Positions 27,290-48,904 of a stretch of 64,000 nt of DNA are shown in pieces. The stretch's first letter is position 1. Each line of letters begins with the position of its first letter. Source of the stretch: the human T2T-CHM13v2.0 reference genome, Homo sapiens. Under the pieces are notes generated by a model. The model searched no databases. It worked only from the letters and a program-made list of their open reading frames with translations, and was not told the origin of the DNA. The stretch is from the NCBI RefSeq assembly GCF_009914755.1, contig NC_060932.1. One strand, written 5' to 3'. A program made the position numbers and the translations under genes.

Positions 27290-27587
27290 TTGTTTGTTTG
27301 CTTTTTAGACAGAGTCTTGCTCTGTTGCCCAGGCTGGAGTGCAGCAGCGTGATCTCAGCTCACAGCAACCTCCACCCCCTGGGTTCAAGTGATTCTCCTG
27401 CCTCAGCCTCCTGAGTAGCTGGGACTACAGGCACATGCTACCACACTCAACTAATTTTTGTATTTTTAGCAGAGATGGAGTTTCTCCATGTTGGCCAGGC
27501 TGGTCTCGAGCTCCTGATCTCTGGTGATCTTCCTGCCTCAGCCTCCCGAAGTGCTGGGATTACAGGAGTAAGCCACCATGCCCAGCC
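27290..27587 (-). mobile_element. AluS
   Basis: Alu dimer with (TTTG)n tail. Confidence 0.88.
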
Positions 27588-27748
27588 TTGCATTTTTTAC
27601 TTATTACTGAAAAAAACCTTTTTATGATTAGTTATCCATCTATTTATGTACATATGTACAGTTGGAATTCATTCCAAGGGCTTGCAGTTGAGCTCTCGTT
27701 CTATTTTATTATCTACATATGTATATAAATAGATGGAAATAGATATTA

Positions 27749-28053
<305 letters not shown>

Positions 28054-28059
28054 ATAGAC

Positions 28060-28300
28060 ATTAATGAGCAATGAGCATTTATTATGTGTCTGGCGCTAGT
28101 GCTTGCTTTACATGAGTTTATTGTCACAATCCTCACCTCACCCCTATGAAATAGATGTGATTGTTATCTAAATTTGATGAACAAGTAAACTGAGGCACCA
28201 AAAATGTTCAAAGTCACACATCTAATAGTCAAGGCCACGCATCTGATAAATGGCAGCTTCAGGATCTGCACCCTGGCAGTCTGGTGCTAGTGCACAAGCT
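28060..28300. mobile_element. MIR
   Basis: aatcctcacctcacccctatgaaatag...aaactgaggcac core. Confidence 0.6.
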
Positions 28301-28772
28301 TTCCCCTTCACATGATCCTGATGATTCTTACCCAAACTTGGAGACTTTGCAGGGGCTTGCACACTTGAGCTCTTGTTTTCCTGAGAGCTAACATAGGGGA
28401 CTTAGGACCCAGTTCCTGAGGTCAGCTGTAAATGTATTTCCAAGAGCTTGCAAAATTCAGGGAGCTGAAATGGCTGTGGGGAGGGATGATGATGGACCCT
28501 GCACAAAGGTGGGATTAATAATTCTGAAAAGCACAGGAAAATCCATACTGGAAAGATGATGGGATGTAGTCCAGAGGTCAAAGGTCAAGAGCTCTTATGG
28601 GAACAGCAATGGGCAAACATGCTTAATGTTGAACTGGCTACTTACAAGTGACACCTTGCAGGGAGGACATGTGCTCTATGTCCTGATGAGAAGAAATGCT
28701 AGAATGCTGAAGAACCCTACCTCCAGAGACCAGACCCTGCCCAAGGTCCTACTGGTCTTCATTAAAGGCAGC

Positions 28773-29230
28773 ATGTCAGTTAGGATCCGAGAGAGGCAGA
28801 TGACAAGACAGAATCAGACATGTAAGAGGTATATTAAGAGAAACACCTGAGAAGGCTGAAAGGGCAGGGAGCAGGAGTAGGGGAGGGAATATTTGGCCTG
28901 TGATGCAGCCTGATTCTTGTAAATGGAGAAAGAAAAGGAAAGAGGACTGGATAGGAGGAGCCATAGATGGTTCAGAGGAGCTCACAGAAAACCTCAACTA
29001 GGCCAATGGGAAACTCTGGCAAAGTGTGATCGTTAGAGCTCTGTCCTATACTGGGCAGAAATGGCTGAGGTCTGTTACTGCCACCATACTTAGGGTGGGA
29101 GCAGTGGCCTTTGGTGTAAATGCCAGGACAAATCTGAAGGCGTGGCAGCCAGGGTCATTGGCCAACTGAGCTTCTCGAGGCAAGCACCCTTGAAAGGCAG
29201 TCTGAGGGGTGCACTCCCATGACCACCATA
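28773..29230. mobile_element. Old MLT1-type MaLR LTR
   Basis: tgtcagttaggatcc...gcagatgacaagacagaatcagacatgtaagag. Approximate. Confidence 0.5.
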
Positions 29231-30269
29231 GGCACTTACTCTGGGCTATTTTCAAACACCTCACTAGGTGTCACTAGCCCCACTGAAAGATGGAGAAACA
29301 TGCTCAGAGAGGGTGAGCAACGTTTCAGAAGTCACACAGATTGTAAATGGAAGATGGGATCTGAACCAAAGTCTGTCTGTTTCTGTTTGAACACATGGCC
29401 TCTCTAAGATATTTGTAACCATATTGAGGTGCTTAATAAATCCATGAATTAGGTAAGGGAAGCTTTGAATTACCATAGGGCAGAGAAGAGGCATTTCAGA
29501 CAGCATAATTTCATCAATAACCTCAAGCATGGAAAACGAACTAGCAAAAACTGCATATGATCAATTCAGATAGTAGGTCATTGACATTCATGATTTAAAA
29601 TTAATGGTTTCAACCATTTGTGAGACTCCCTGGTTTGTAACTCAAAATAAATTCAAATTTTATTAATAAATACAGTTGAATATTCCAGGAATAAGCAAGC
29701 TGATATTCCTGAAAGGCCTACATAGCCAGAGAGAGAACCTCATAGCTAACTTACGAACCTTGCCTCGACTTAGCTTCCTTATCCTGAGTCATTGTCTCAC
29801 ATTCAGAAATGTTCATAAGGTGAACCAAGCTCTATTTCTTCTTGAAAAGTGGCCAAAAAAGAAGCTGCTAATGCTAATGATGGAAGTGAAATACCTAAAG
29901 GAGTCCTTAGCTAAAAATGAAAAGGTTTAGATGAGTTAGAGTATAATGCCAAATTTATCTGTGGACAGAGTCATACCCCAAAGGGGTTTACCATGTGGTC
30001 CTTTAAGAAAAAGATATTTGAGACCCCATTTCCAGACAGTGCTCTGACTACCACCAAAATTGCTCACTGAGCAAGGGAGAGATCTTTAAGGGACTAAAAA
30101 GGAAGAGGCCAGTTGGCTGCATTTTATGTCAAATCTTGTAGGCTATGGGGATATGTGTGAATTTGAAAGATTCCTAAAGGTCCTATATTTATCTCAAAAA
30201 AAACCATTAAAGTCAAGGATCCACTGCATTGTGGTTTCTTGATTTCTCTCCATAGACCTTCTCCCTGCT

Positions 30270-31292
30270 TAATGTTTTCATTTTAGAAATGGTCCCACCT
30301 TTCACGCAAATGCTCAGGCTCAGAAACTCATCCTCTCCTTTGATGCTGTTTTCCTTATAGCACACATTAAATTCTGCAGCAATTTTTTTCAGCTCTAAAT
30401 GGAAAATTTATCCTACATTACAGTCACCTCTTTTCTTTTCACCTCTATCACAATTACTCTTTCCTAAACTGCCACCATCTCCTAAAAGAGCGTCCTGGAT
30501 GATCTTCCAGTTTCTGTAATTCCTCTGAGAGACCGTCCTCCCCACAGCATCCACGGTGATTGGCGGGAAGCCTAAGTCAGAATTAGCAAACAGCAAAAAG
30601 CCTTCAATCATTTTCTACTTGATTTAGAAGAAGTCCAAAGTCCAATATAATTTCCAGTTAATTGTAAAAACCTATGGAGAAAACAAAATCAAATATTCTT
30701 ATAAAGCATGAGTAGGAGAGGCTAATATAAAATGGTAGACAAGAAGGTATATCTAAGAAAGTGGTGTTTAAAAGAAAACATCCTGTTCATGGCCTATAAA
30801 ACCATATGTGACCTAGTCTTTGGATTCCTTTCTGACTTTATGTCCTCCCATGCTCGCTCACTCTGGTGTAGCCACACTGGCTTTTGGGCTTTCTCGAACG
30901 TGACAGATATGCTTCTACCACAGGGCTTTTGCATTTGCCTGGGACCCTATTTTTCTACACATCCATAAGGCCTCTCTTCTCTGTTCTTAGAGTCTGGAGG
31001 TCATGGACACACAGAGGCCTTTCCTGACACACCTATGACCTTGTCATTCTGTCAATCTCTACTTTCTCAACCTGATTTACTTTTCTCTCTGGTGTTTATC
31101 ACCATGGCATTATAGTGTATATTTGTATATCTTTCTACTTCAGTATTTATTTATTATCTGTATCTCAGCATGGAAACATATACTCCATTAGAACAGAGAA
31201 TTTGTTTTGGTCATTGTCATTTCCCCAGCACCTAAAACATACATAGTGCATAGAAGGTAGGTACTCAATAAATATTCATGGAATAAATAAAT
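30270..31292. mobile_element. L2 fragments ending in an L2 3' tail
   Basis: ccccagcaccta...gtaggtactcaataaatattc...aataaataaat. Confidence 0.6.
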
Positions 31293-32219
31293 AATGACTG
31301 TCTGGACAAGGTGTGTCCTGTCTAATTAGTTGTTTAGGAGAAGCAGGCACTGGAAAGTGGGTGAAGGGTTTGTGGATTGTTTAGAGGTACCAGTTCCATT
31401 TCTTCTCCTGTGGCTACCAGAGGCTTCCCTAGCCCGTGGGGGTACAGGATGTGGCCTGTCACCATTGGATACCCAGAGCACATTGATATACTTCCTGATG
31501 GAGTGGTTTATGTAGACAGCTGGGAAGAGGAAGCTATGGGTAGAATTAAGCCATGAAACAAAGCCGGCTTCATAGAAAATCACATTCTCTTAAAAAAAAC
31601 TGAAGATTCAGGATTGCTGAGACTGATGGGTGGCATTTGCATACTTCTATGAATAACTTTTGCTTTGTATTATACAAGCAGACAAATTCTATTATTCCTG
31701 AAGATTTCTCTTTTTATTAAAGTTTCAATCACTTTTAAGATGAATGTACCACATTTATATGGCTATTGCTTATTTTGAATAATAAAACATTTTACTCTCA
31801 GTTGTACAAAATATTAGCAGTAGCTGAAAACAGCACAGATTTAAATTATGCAAGAGGTAGCAAAGTCACCTTTTCCTGAGATAAAGTTATAATGAACAGT
31901 AACATGTTGGAGCCCAGTGAACATACTCTATCTTCATATTTTAAATGTCTATTGCCTACGTGGAATTTGGCAAACAGAGACTACTGACAATTAAAGAAAA
32001 ATATTAATTCATGTTTTAGAAGGTAATCATTAAGCAAAAATATTTACATCAAATTCAAAGTGAGTTTAAAACAGGGTGACACTTTTTTCATTCATTCAGT
32101 AAGAACACATCATTTGTTCTATTTATTTTGTTTATTGAAATGTGATCCAATATTGAAATGTGTTGGTTATTTTTCAGCTAATCTTATTCAATTTTATTAG
32201 TTTTTTAAGTTGTTAAGTG

Positions 32220-33305
32220 GGTTATGCTTTCCATACAGGTAGTAAAAATATCAGTGATTGCCAGGAGCTTGAGAGAAAGGAAAGAACACGTGAAGCACAG
32301 GAGAGTTTTAGAATGGTGAAACTATTCTGTATGACAATACAATGGCAGGCCACATGACATGATGCATTTGTCAAAGCCCATGGAATGTACAACACAGGGA
32401 GCTCTAAAGTTAATAATGGACTTTAGTTAATAATAATGTATAAATACCAGTTTATAAACTGTAACAAGTGCTTCATGCTAATGCAACATGCTAATAATAG
32501 GACATTGTGGGGAGATAGAGAAGTTAGGAAAGGGAGGGTGTACGGAATTCTTTACTTCTGCTTAATTTTTCCTGTAAATCTAAACCTGCTCTCAAAATAT
32601 AGCCTGTTAATTGTTTTAACTTTTAAAACATGACCCAATTACATAGGGTCTATAAGAAGTTCAGTTCAAATATAACAATATAAGTAGACTCAAAAGAATG
32701 GAAAATGGTATTCCATGTAAACATTAGAAATCACAAGAAGTAGATATTAAAAAGAAGTCAAGAAAATTACCTGGGACAGAAAGGGACATAATGATTAAAA
32801 GGTTCAGTCCAGTCCTGATTATAGGCATCAGGTAGCTCATGCCGATAATCCCAGTGCTTTGGGAGGCTGGTAGGAACATTGCTTGAGCCCAGGAGTTTGA
32901 GATTACAGTGGGCTGGATCACTGCACTTCAGACTGGGAGACAAATGGAGACACCATCTCTCTCTCTCTCTAAATAAAATAAAATAAAATAAAAAATCCAT
33001 CTATGACCGGGAGGATATAGCAATTGTACTCCTGGGCATTTATCCCAGGGAGATGAAAAAATGATGTAATAATTCTGTATCTCAATTTCAGTGATAGTTA
33101 CATGATATACATATGATAAAAGTGACACAGACCTACACACACATGCACATATCTTCTAATGTCAACGTCCTGGTTTTGATGTTGTACTGTGTTCACACAA
33201 GATGCAACCACTTGGGGAAACTGGATGGAAGGGACATGGGAACTTTTTGTATTACTATCTTTGCAATTTTCTATAAATCTACAATTATTTCAAAAGCAAA
33301 AAAAA
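32220..33305 (+). mobile_element. Old L1M 3'-end fragments with an Alu monomer-like piece (~32820-32995)
   Basis: gtgaaactattctgtatgac...gcatttgtcaaagcccatggaatgtacaaca; ataatcccagtgctttgggaggctg. Confidence 0.6.
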
Positions 33306-35319
33306 AAATGATGCTGGTTGATAAAGTGATTTTTCACGGCATGGTTAAATGTCATCTGGGTTGATTTTGTCTTTAGCAGCCCTGCCAGCTGCTGCTTCCT
33401 GATCCCTGGAGAACTTCCTTAAGGCGGCCTCCTGTAAGCTCTGCCAGCTGTCGCCCTCTGATTTCTGATGAACTGCATTGCAACACTCCTCTGCAGTCTT
33501 GCCAGCCGTGGCTCTCTGGCCACCATTAAACATTTTTAAAGCAGCCCTCTACAACTTGTTGCAGGTGCAACTTTCTATCAAAAATATTTCTTTCATTTTG
33601 TCTTTTTGAAGTACCTAAGAAATGGGAAATTCTTTTCCTCATTTTCATTTGGCTTGTGTAGTTACACGTCCCAAAGGAGAAACAAAAATGCAAACACTGA
33701 GGATAGGCATATAAGGATTCTACTAGTTGGTGATGAGCTGGGAACTGAATAACTGAGTATTCAGGATGGCTGGGACATCAAAGCTGACAGGAATGTTAAC
33801 AGACGAGAGTGTCTTGATATTCATGGAACAAAGGAGCAGGGCTCCAAACATTCGACTTTGATTTAATTGAGTTGCTTATATAAAAATACTGGCTGCTCAC
33901 AAGAATCACCCTGGAAGCTTTAAAAAATAGCAATGCTTGTCCTACCACAAACCAGTAAATCAGAATTTCTGATTTAATATATACCAGAGATACATGAATG
34001 TATATATCAGATTTCACACACACCAGTGGTATGGATAGTATGTTAATAAGTGCAAAGGAGGAAAGTTAAGTTTGAAAAGTCAAATAGAAAATTGTATGTG
34101 TGTGTTTGGTGGAGAGGCTGCAAATTAAAAATTGAGTGGTTAGAGAAGAACTTCTGTTCCCTGTTTTTTTTCATTTGCTATTTTATGAAATTGTCTCAAT
34201 ACAATACATAATCCTCAGAAAAGGAAGTCTTGTACTATATCAATGTCAGCTTGCATTTAGTAAGTCAACATTATCAGCATAAGGAACTTGTCTTGAGAGT
34301 AAATATTTGTAAGTTTGAATAAGTGGGCCTGATTGCAATCTCATAACTAAAATGAGCCGGAAAGAAAGTGACTCACTGGAATTACTGTTTGCATTAGATA
34401 CTCTATACTGATACATTGCAATATGTTCCGTAGTTCATAATATTACTTCCTCAAAGACTAAGATATTCTGAGAGAGCAAAGTTGATTTTGTATAAATCAT
34501 TTTCTTTTGAAATGTAAATTGTGTTGCTTTTTATGATTATGGAAATACTATTTGATAATTATACATTTGGAAAAGGAAAGAGAAAAAATTAAGTGCAATC
34601 TCACTGTGAATATTTGGGTTTCTGTTCATGTAGCTCTTTTTATTCATGTATACATATGTGTTTTTTTTCTTCCTCCTTTTTAAAATGTATTCAAAAACAC
34701 ACTGGGCATGCTAGGCAAATTAATTATAAATATGTACTATATAAACTATCTACATATACACTAGTATATATACATAAATAATTATACTATATATATATAA
34801 TTATACAGAAAACTTTGTTGAAATTTATGGGGAAATGGAATAGATGTTCTGGTGCTTTTTTCCTAATTTTTCCTATTTTGCTTCAGCCATGCACACCCTT
34901 GGCTATACCCAGACTCGGTCATTATTCAGCCCTGTCCACATCTGAAGACTCAAGTTCTAACCGTTACTTTCAGATTGCAACACTCTAGTCTTCCTCTTTT
35001 CTCACTCAGCTTCTCTTGCTACATTACTTTTCAACCATACCAATTCCTTCCAGTCACTTGAACTTTCTATTTTCTTCCCAGTAGCCCCCTTCCCTCATCA
35101 GTTCCTTCTCTATTTTGCCCAGATCCTGCAATCCACATCTGAGACTTCCTTTATCGACAATTTTTTGGTCATATTCCCCAGTCTCCCAATAATGAACTAA
35201 CATAACTATAACTGCACACTTTGCCAGGCTGCACAGACCTGCTGTCTTACCACTGCCAGAGAGGGCCACCTAACCTCATAGACAGGTTCTGCCATAGTCT
35301 TCCATTGATTCTCCACAAT

Positions 35320-35405
35320 GGTGGAAATTCTGTTTCAGGCTCCTATTATAGCAACTGTCAACTTAAAAAGGTGGAAATTCTGTTTCAGGCTCCTATTATA
35401 GCAAC

Positions 35406-35419
<14 letters not shown>
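35320..35419 (+). repeat. Perfect 50-bp tandem duplication
   Basis: ggtggaaattctgtttcaggctcctattatagcaactgtcaacttaaaaa x2 (35320-35369, 35370-35419). Confidence 0.97.
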
Positions 35420-36710
<1,291 letters not shown>

Positions 36711-37024
36711 CAACCATCCCAACCCTTCTTTGCTCTCCTTACTGTCCTCTCTGAATTCTCCCCTGCCCCTCCGTGGATGGCTTTTCTTCCTACTTTACAG
36801 AGAAAACACAAGCTGTCAGATGGGAACTCTTCAGCTTCCTTCCATATCTCAGCCATAAACTTACCTACTTCCAAAGCACCCCTTCCTCCTTTTCTGTTTT
36901 CCCATTAGAAATAATGGCTCTCCTGCTAAGTTGTAGTCCTCTGCCCCTGTTTGAGCCATTTTTATGGTGATTATTATTTCTCCCTCTTATATTTTCTGTC
37001 TCCCTCTCTCCTGTGTCCTTCCCT

Positions 37025-37536
<512 letters not shown>

Positions 37537-38949
37537 TTAATATACAAAACCCTGCCCATTCCTCTGTCTCCTCTTTACAATCAAATATCCTAAAACAGTT
37601 GCCCACACTTGCTGCCTCCTCCACTATCAATTCACCCATAGTTAAATTTTGTTTCTTTTTCCAACACTCTGAACTCCACAACCTCCTTACTCCTAAAATT
37701 AAGGACACCTCATTCCTGGTTGCACTTAACCTGACTAGGACATTAGACATGTATTGCTCTTTTCTTCATGGAGAACTTGACTTCCCTGGCTTCTGTAATC
37801 CTCCTGCTGGAGGTTTTGCTTGCTTCTCTCTCACTGCTCCTCAGTGAGTTCCACCATTGTTCTGGCATCTGCCTCCTCTGCCTCTTACTCCATCAGCCTC
37901 TCATGTTTCACTGGCTGCCATGGCTTCCGCTGCCCCTGTAAACTGGTGATGCCCAAGCATCCCCAAAGTGGCAGACCTGTGGTGCCAAATTCCTTCTAAA
38001 CGCCTGTATTGTTATAAAAGAAAGTTTGCTTCTAAAATAAGGTAGTGCACCTGGTAACTAGAGAAAGTTAAATGTCTCCGAATAATGACAGGCTCTTAAA
38101 ATTTTACAGGGCAAACACTGTTCCTTTTCAAAAGTATGTTTTCTGCACTCTACTCAAATAGCTCTTTGAAATTTGCTATCTTACAATTAAAGAGTATCAT
38201 TTCCTTCCCCTGCTGAGAACACTCTGCTGGGAATCACTGGGGCTTCTCTCCCTAACCTCACCTTTTCCTCTTCTGCCTGCACCAGACAGGTCTGGAGGCA
38301 GTGTTAGATTGTACTTGGGCATAAAAGAAAGCTTTTAATTTCAATGTGCTAAGGAGCTAGAGTGACCAGTTTCCAGTTCCTACCAGACCTCAGATTTTGT
38401 TATATATCACATATGAGATCAACCTGGAAGAATGCTAGAAAACCTAAAGCACTGAAAAATTTGAGAAACCCCAGGGGTGGGGAAGAGCGGGGGTAGTATG
38501 TGAGTATGAAGTAGCTTTGGTGAACCATAGAAGGTAGCTGAGATGCAGCTGGAGGATGAAATCGGAAGGAACATTTTGCTTTTCTTGCTACTGCTTTGGG
38601 CCAGACAGAGCCCACCTGGACATCTGCAGAAACCTAGAGCCCTAATTTAAGGGCCTTTGAAAGAAAATCAGGGCAGCACAGAAGTTCTGTGCTTAAGAGG
38701 AGCAGAGAAAAATAAGTTGGGGCTGATTTTGGACACTGCTTTCTCCGCCCCAGTTCCTCCATACCCCTGCGATGGTGAATTCTACTCTTGAAAGTCGTTG
38801 CAGGCTTGCAGTCATCCTGCTTGCAGTGGGTGAAGGGGGCGGGCCAGTAAGGGTAAAGTGTGGGAGCTGAGGAGCTGGTCTGAGGCAGGAGCACTGGTTG
38901 ATTGATAAGGTTTGGGGGTTGGGGCTCTCCATCCTGGGCCTATTCACTC

Positions 38950-43950
<5,001 letters not shown>

Positions 43951-44142
43951 AGCAAAAGAACACTGATCAATGACAATGAAAAAAATACAGTAGTATCCAT
44001 TCCCATGTTCTAAATTACTTTCCAGCCTGATGGACACCTGGAGACATTGGTAAACATGTTTGTTCAACACCAGTATGACTTTACTTTGCCTCAAAATTAG
44101 CATGAAAGTTTTCTTTGCCAGTACGAAATAATTCAAAGTTCA

Positions 44143-44568
<426 letters not shown>

Positions 44569-45569
44569 TTAGTATTACATTTAAATTAATACCAGCATGG
44601 GGGCCAAGAATGATTTTAAAATATATTAAACATTTGTATTGTCTAAGATAAGTCAAAAGAAAACGCAATCAAAAGTAACAAATTCTTTAAAAGGCTCTTT
44701 CTCTACTTATCTTTGTCTCTTACACATTTTACAGCTTCAAAAATCTTTCTTTAAATGTGAAACCTCCCTTACTGCTCAGCTCCAACACAGACTCACTTCT
44801 CCCCATGTAGTTTCTTATATTTTAAAATCCATTTTTTTCCTTACTTACTATTTGTTTTTATTTTCAATCTAAATCCTACCTCCCAGCTTCTGGCTTGCCC
44901 TTATTTTTAAATTCTTTTTACTTTTGTTCAGTTAAGATAAGGTAACTGCTGTAACAAAGGGACCCAAAAATCCAGGGGCTTCAAGAAAAAAGATTTTTTT
45001 TTTCTTTCTCATGTTAACAACTCCAAGGCAGATGCTCTAGCTTCATGATTCAGCTCTGCTCCATGTGGTCACTTCACAATCCAGGCATTTTCTGTTTTAG
45101 AGCTCCACAATTCCCTAAAGTATTGTCATCTTCTGCATGGTTAAGGTTTGATTACTTTGGATTCCAGCAAACATAAAGGAGGAAAGTAGGATATTGAGGA
45201 GGCAGCCCACAAGTGACAAATATAACTTCAACTTGTGAGAACTTCGTCACATGGCCACACTTAAAATATAAGGGAGCCTGAGAAATGTGGTCTAGCTATG
45301 TATCTGATAACAAGGGATGAATAATGAGTAGCTTTGTTGGATAACCAAAAATTTCCCCAGACTACTCATTATTCTTCAATTTAAAAAAAAAAACTTTGAA
45401 GATTAGAAAGGAAGGGCCATGTGTATGTTTTGGGGATGTCTAGTGTTATGGCTGTGAATAGGTTAATACTGCTGTTTTTCTTGTCTGCAGATGCTTTTTA
45501 TGTACATTAAACTGCTCAGTTCAATAAATACTTCTTGACTATCTGCTATGTGCTAGGCACAATGTTAGT

Positions 45570-46066
45570 GTATTCATCCATTTTCTTTCTTTTTTAAAAA
45601 CATTTTTATAGATTCAGGTGGTACACATGCAGGTTTGTTACATGAATATATTACATAATGGTGTGGTTTGGGCTTTATTAGTCCATTTTCTGTTGCTACA
45701 ACAGAGTAACACAGAGTGAGGAATTTATACAGAAAAGAGATTTATCTATTGCTCATTGTTCTGGAGGTTGGGAATTCCATGATCAGGGGCTGCCTCTGGT
45801 GAGGGCCTTCCTGCTGCATTATGACATGGCAGCAGGGCAATTGAGCACACGAGACAGACAGAGGAAATAGGGCCGAACTCATACTTTTTATTAGGACTCC
45901 ACTCCTGTGATAATGGCTTTAATGCATTCATAAGGGCATAGCATGAAGGCATGAGGGCAGCTCTCATGACCTAATTGCCTCTCAAAGTTCCCACCACTCA
46001 ACACTGTTACAATGGCAATTAAATTTCAACGACATCAATTTTGGCAGGGACAATCAAACCATAGCA
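45570..46066 (-). mobile_element. MST-type MaLR LTR with a short nested L1 3' fragment (~45590-45675)
   Basis: ttagtccattttctgttgctacaacagag...caaaccatagca. Confidence 0.7.
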
Positions 46067-46447
46067 ATTAGGCACCATCAATACAAATCTTAATAACATA
46101 TAATTGGTTCTTTGGGGAATTTGCTGTTCAGTGGAAGAGACAAACACAAAAAGATGATGTCAGTATACTGTGGTACTTCAAAGGGAGCTTTTGATGGAAT
46201 TGATACATTTCATTTAAAATAATGTCTGTTATTCTCAAACAAAATATGTTCCCACTTACATTTTTTATAGTCAGTAAACAGGTTTTTCGGTTTATAATAT
46301 AAACAACTCCTTTTTTTCTCCAAAGAATTCCTTCAATGCATATGGTTCTAGTGGCAGCCACCAATCACAGTATGCCACCTCATGTACAATGATTGAACTA
46401 GAGGTTGTCACATGACCAAAGTCAGCCCAATCAGAACTCTTACATCG

Positions 46448-46887
46448 TGTGTCAGTCCATTTGTGTTGCTATAAAGGAATACTGGAGGCTGGATAATTTA
46501 TTTTTATTTTTAAAGACGTTTATTTGGCTCACAGCTCTGCAGGCTGTACAGGAAGCATGGCACCAGCATCTGCATCTGGGAAGCAACTCAGATTGCTTCC
46601 ACTCATGACAGAAGTGAATAGGAGCAGGTCTGTGCAGAGATTACATGGCCAGGAAGAGGAAGAGAGAGAGAGAGAGAGAGATGAAGTGCCATCAGTTCTT
46701 TTCCACCATCAGTTGTTATGGGAACTAAGAGTGAGAGCTCACTCCCGTGTGAATGGCACTAATCTATTCACGAGGGACACACCTCCAAGATGCAAACATT
46801 TTCCATTAGGCCGCACCTCCAATACTGGGGATTAAAATTCAACATGACACTTGCTGGGGCCAAACAAAGCATATCCAAACCACAGCA
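46448..46887 (-). mobile_element. MST-type MaLR LTR nested in an older MLT1 (~46250-47200)
   Basis: gtcagtccatttgtgttgctataaaggaatac...atccaaaccacagca. Confidence 0.75.
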
Positions 46888-48904
46888 CCTGGGGAGATTT
46901 TTTCACAATTGATCTGGGAAAAGAGTGCTCTTTCCTTGCTGGAGCAGAGGCATGAGGATGCATGCTGTGAGTAGAGGACAGCCATGTTCCTGTCATCTGA
47001 AGAAACCTACCTGCAGCTGCAGAGAAGGAATATCAGAAATAAAAGGTAGCTATAACTATCTGAAAGATTGTGTTAGTCTTTAGTTCTCATCATCCCTAAC
47101 GACATGTGGTTTAGGCATGTGAACCAATAAAATATCCTTTATTTCATTCAAACACATTTGAGCTGGGTTTCTATCATTTGTAATCAAAAGAGTCCCACAT
47201 AACTCAGTAATGGGTCATATACATGGCACAATATTTTTTAGGAAAGAATTTGTCTAGGTATAAAATTATTTCTAACTTTTGAAGTAAAGATACAATGAAA
47301 ATAGGATGTCATTGTAAAGATAGAAAAGAATGAATGGGGATAGGAATGACATAAATAACTGTATGAAGGCAAAATGAACAGCCTCAGAACTCAAAGTCTA
47401 TTTTAAAATCTGAAAATTCACCAAAAAAACTATATAAGAAAGCAAAGAATGTAAATTATTCTCTCAGATTTTGGAAACGGAACTTAATTTTAAGTCAAAT
47501 ATGGGAACTTACTACTCTTGCTCTGAGTACTGGATTCCATTTTTACAGTGTTAAGAAATAACTCAGTTGCAAATGTTGGTCATTTTTTAATATTATTATT
47601 ATAATAGCCGAAAAAAGGACATTTTAAAGCTGCAATTCCTCAGCCTAAATTAATTGAATCAGCCATGCGTTAAATATTATACTGTGCTAAAATGAAAGCT
47701 GCAGCTGAATTTTGGTGTATATACTTAGCAGACAGCAATTGAAAGGATAAACATCAAATTTTGAAAAAAAAGAGTGACAACTGCTGTATCTTTTAAAATA
47801 TAATTTGTTTTTCTATCCTCTTCTGCTCTCTGCTCTTATTGTTTCCTTTTTGCACATCCTCATTTAAATGGTCTCCTTGGCTCTTATTTAGAGAATGCCC
47901 AGCCACTCTGTAGGCATCCTCCAAGCCTGTCTTCAGAATATTCTCAATTTCTCCCCTAGAGCTCTCCCTCTGAAAGTGAGGCTGGCCAGCTTCCACTAGA
48001 CTATGAATGTTCATCCATTAGGAACTCCAGATCAAGGAGAGTTCTAGACCTTGCTTTGGCAAGAATTCTAGACCTTGCTTTTCTGGTGCTGTTTAGAAAA
48101 GTTATCAAGTGGAAAGGTCTAATCACTCTATAGTAACTAGCTTTTAAGTAATGTCTGAAATGCATAAAGCAACTTTTAAACTCTTAAAAATCTAGCTCCT
48201 GCCTATGTCTTAGACCTCACCTCTTAGCTCCCTTCTCCTTTGTACTTACCTCACCGATTATACTCAGGTTCTTTCAGCTTCGTTGACTCTCTCTTATTAA
48301 TATCTTAGGGCTCACTACTTCTCTCTTAACTTGGCAACCTTCAGATGTCAGCTTAACCACTGTTTCCTCTTTCACTGCCTAGGCCAGATTTGGTGCCTCT
48401 GTTTATAGAACTTGCATCTGGCAGATACCACATATGCCTTTGCAGTGCTGCATCCCCAGTGCCCAATATGGGCCTGACATGTATTAATTAATTTTCCTGT
48501 AGACCAAGCAATGATGAAAGGGATTCAGTAAATATAGGAAATCAGCACCATAAGTTAATAGAAACTCCTCCCTGGAAGAATTCCCGGCTGACCGTTTCTT
48601 ATTCTGATGACTTAGTAGCTACATTTCCACATGGCAAGGTAAATTTATAACTTTCATCTAGGTCACTGGGTGATAGGACAAAAATTTAACATAGATGCTA
48701 TAGTAAGTGTTTACTTTAACAAGGAAAATAAACACCATTCCTCCTATGAGCTATTTTCAGATAACTTGCATGGTACTTAAAATGTTTGCTGAAGTCCTAA
48801 TAGTAACTGGATATTTAAAGAAAACTTGGATAAATAATACCATAAGTCACATTTTAATAGAAATGTTATCTGTCCACTTGGGGCACTGGCCTTAAACGTT
48901 TTGT

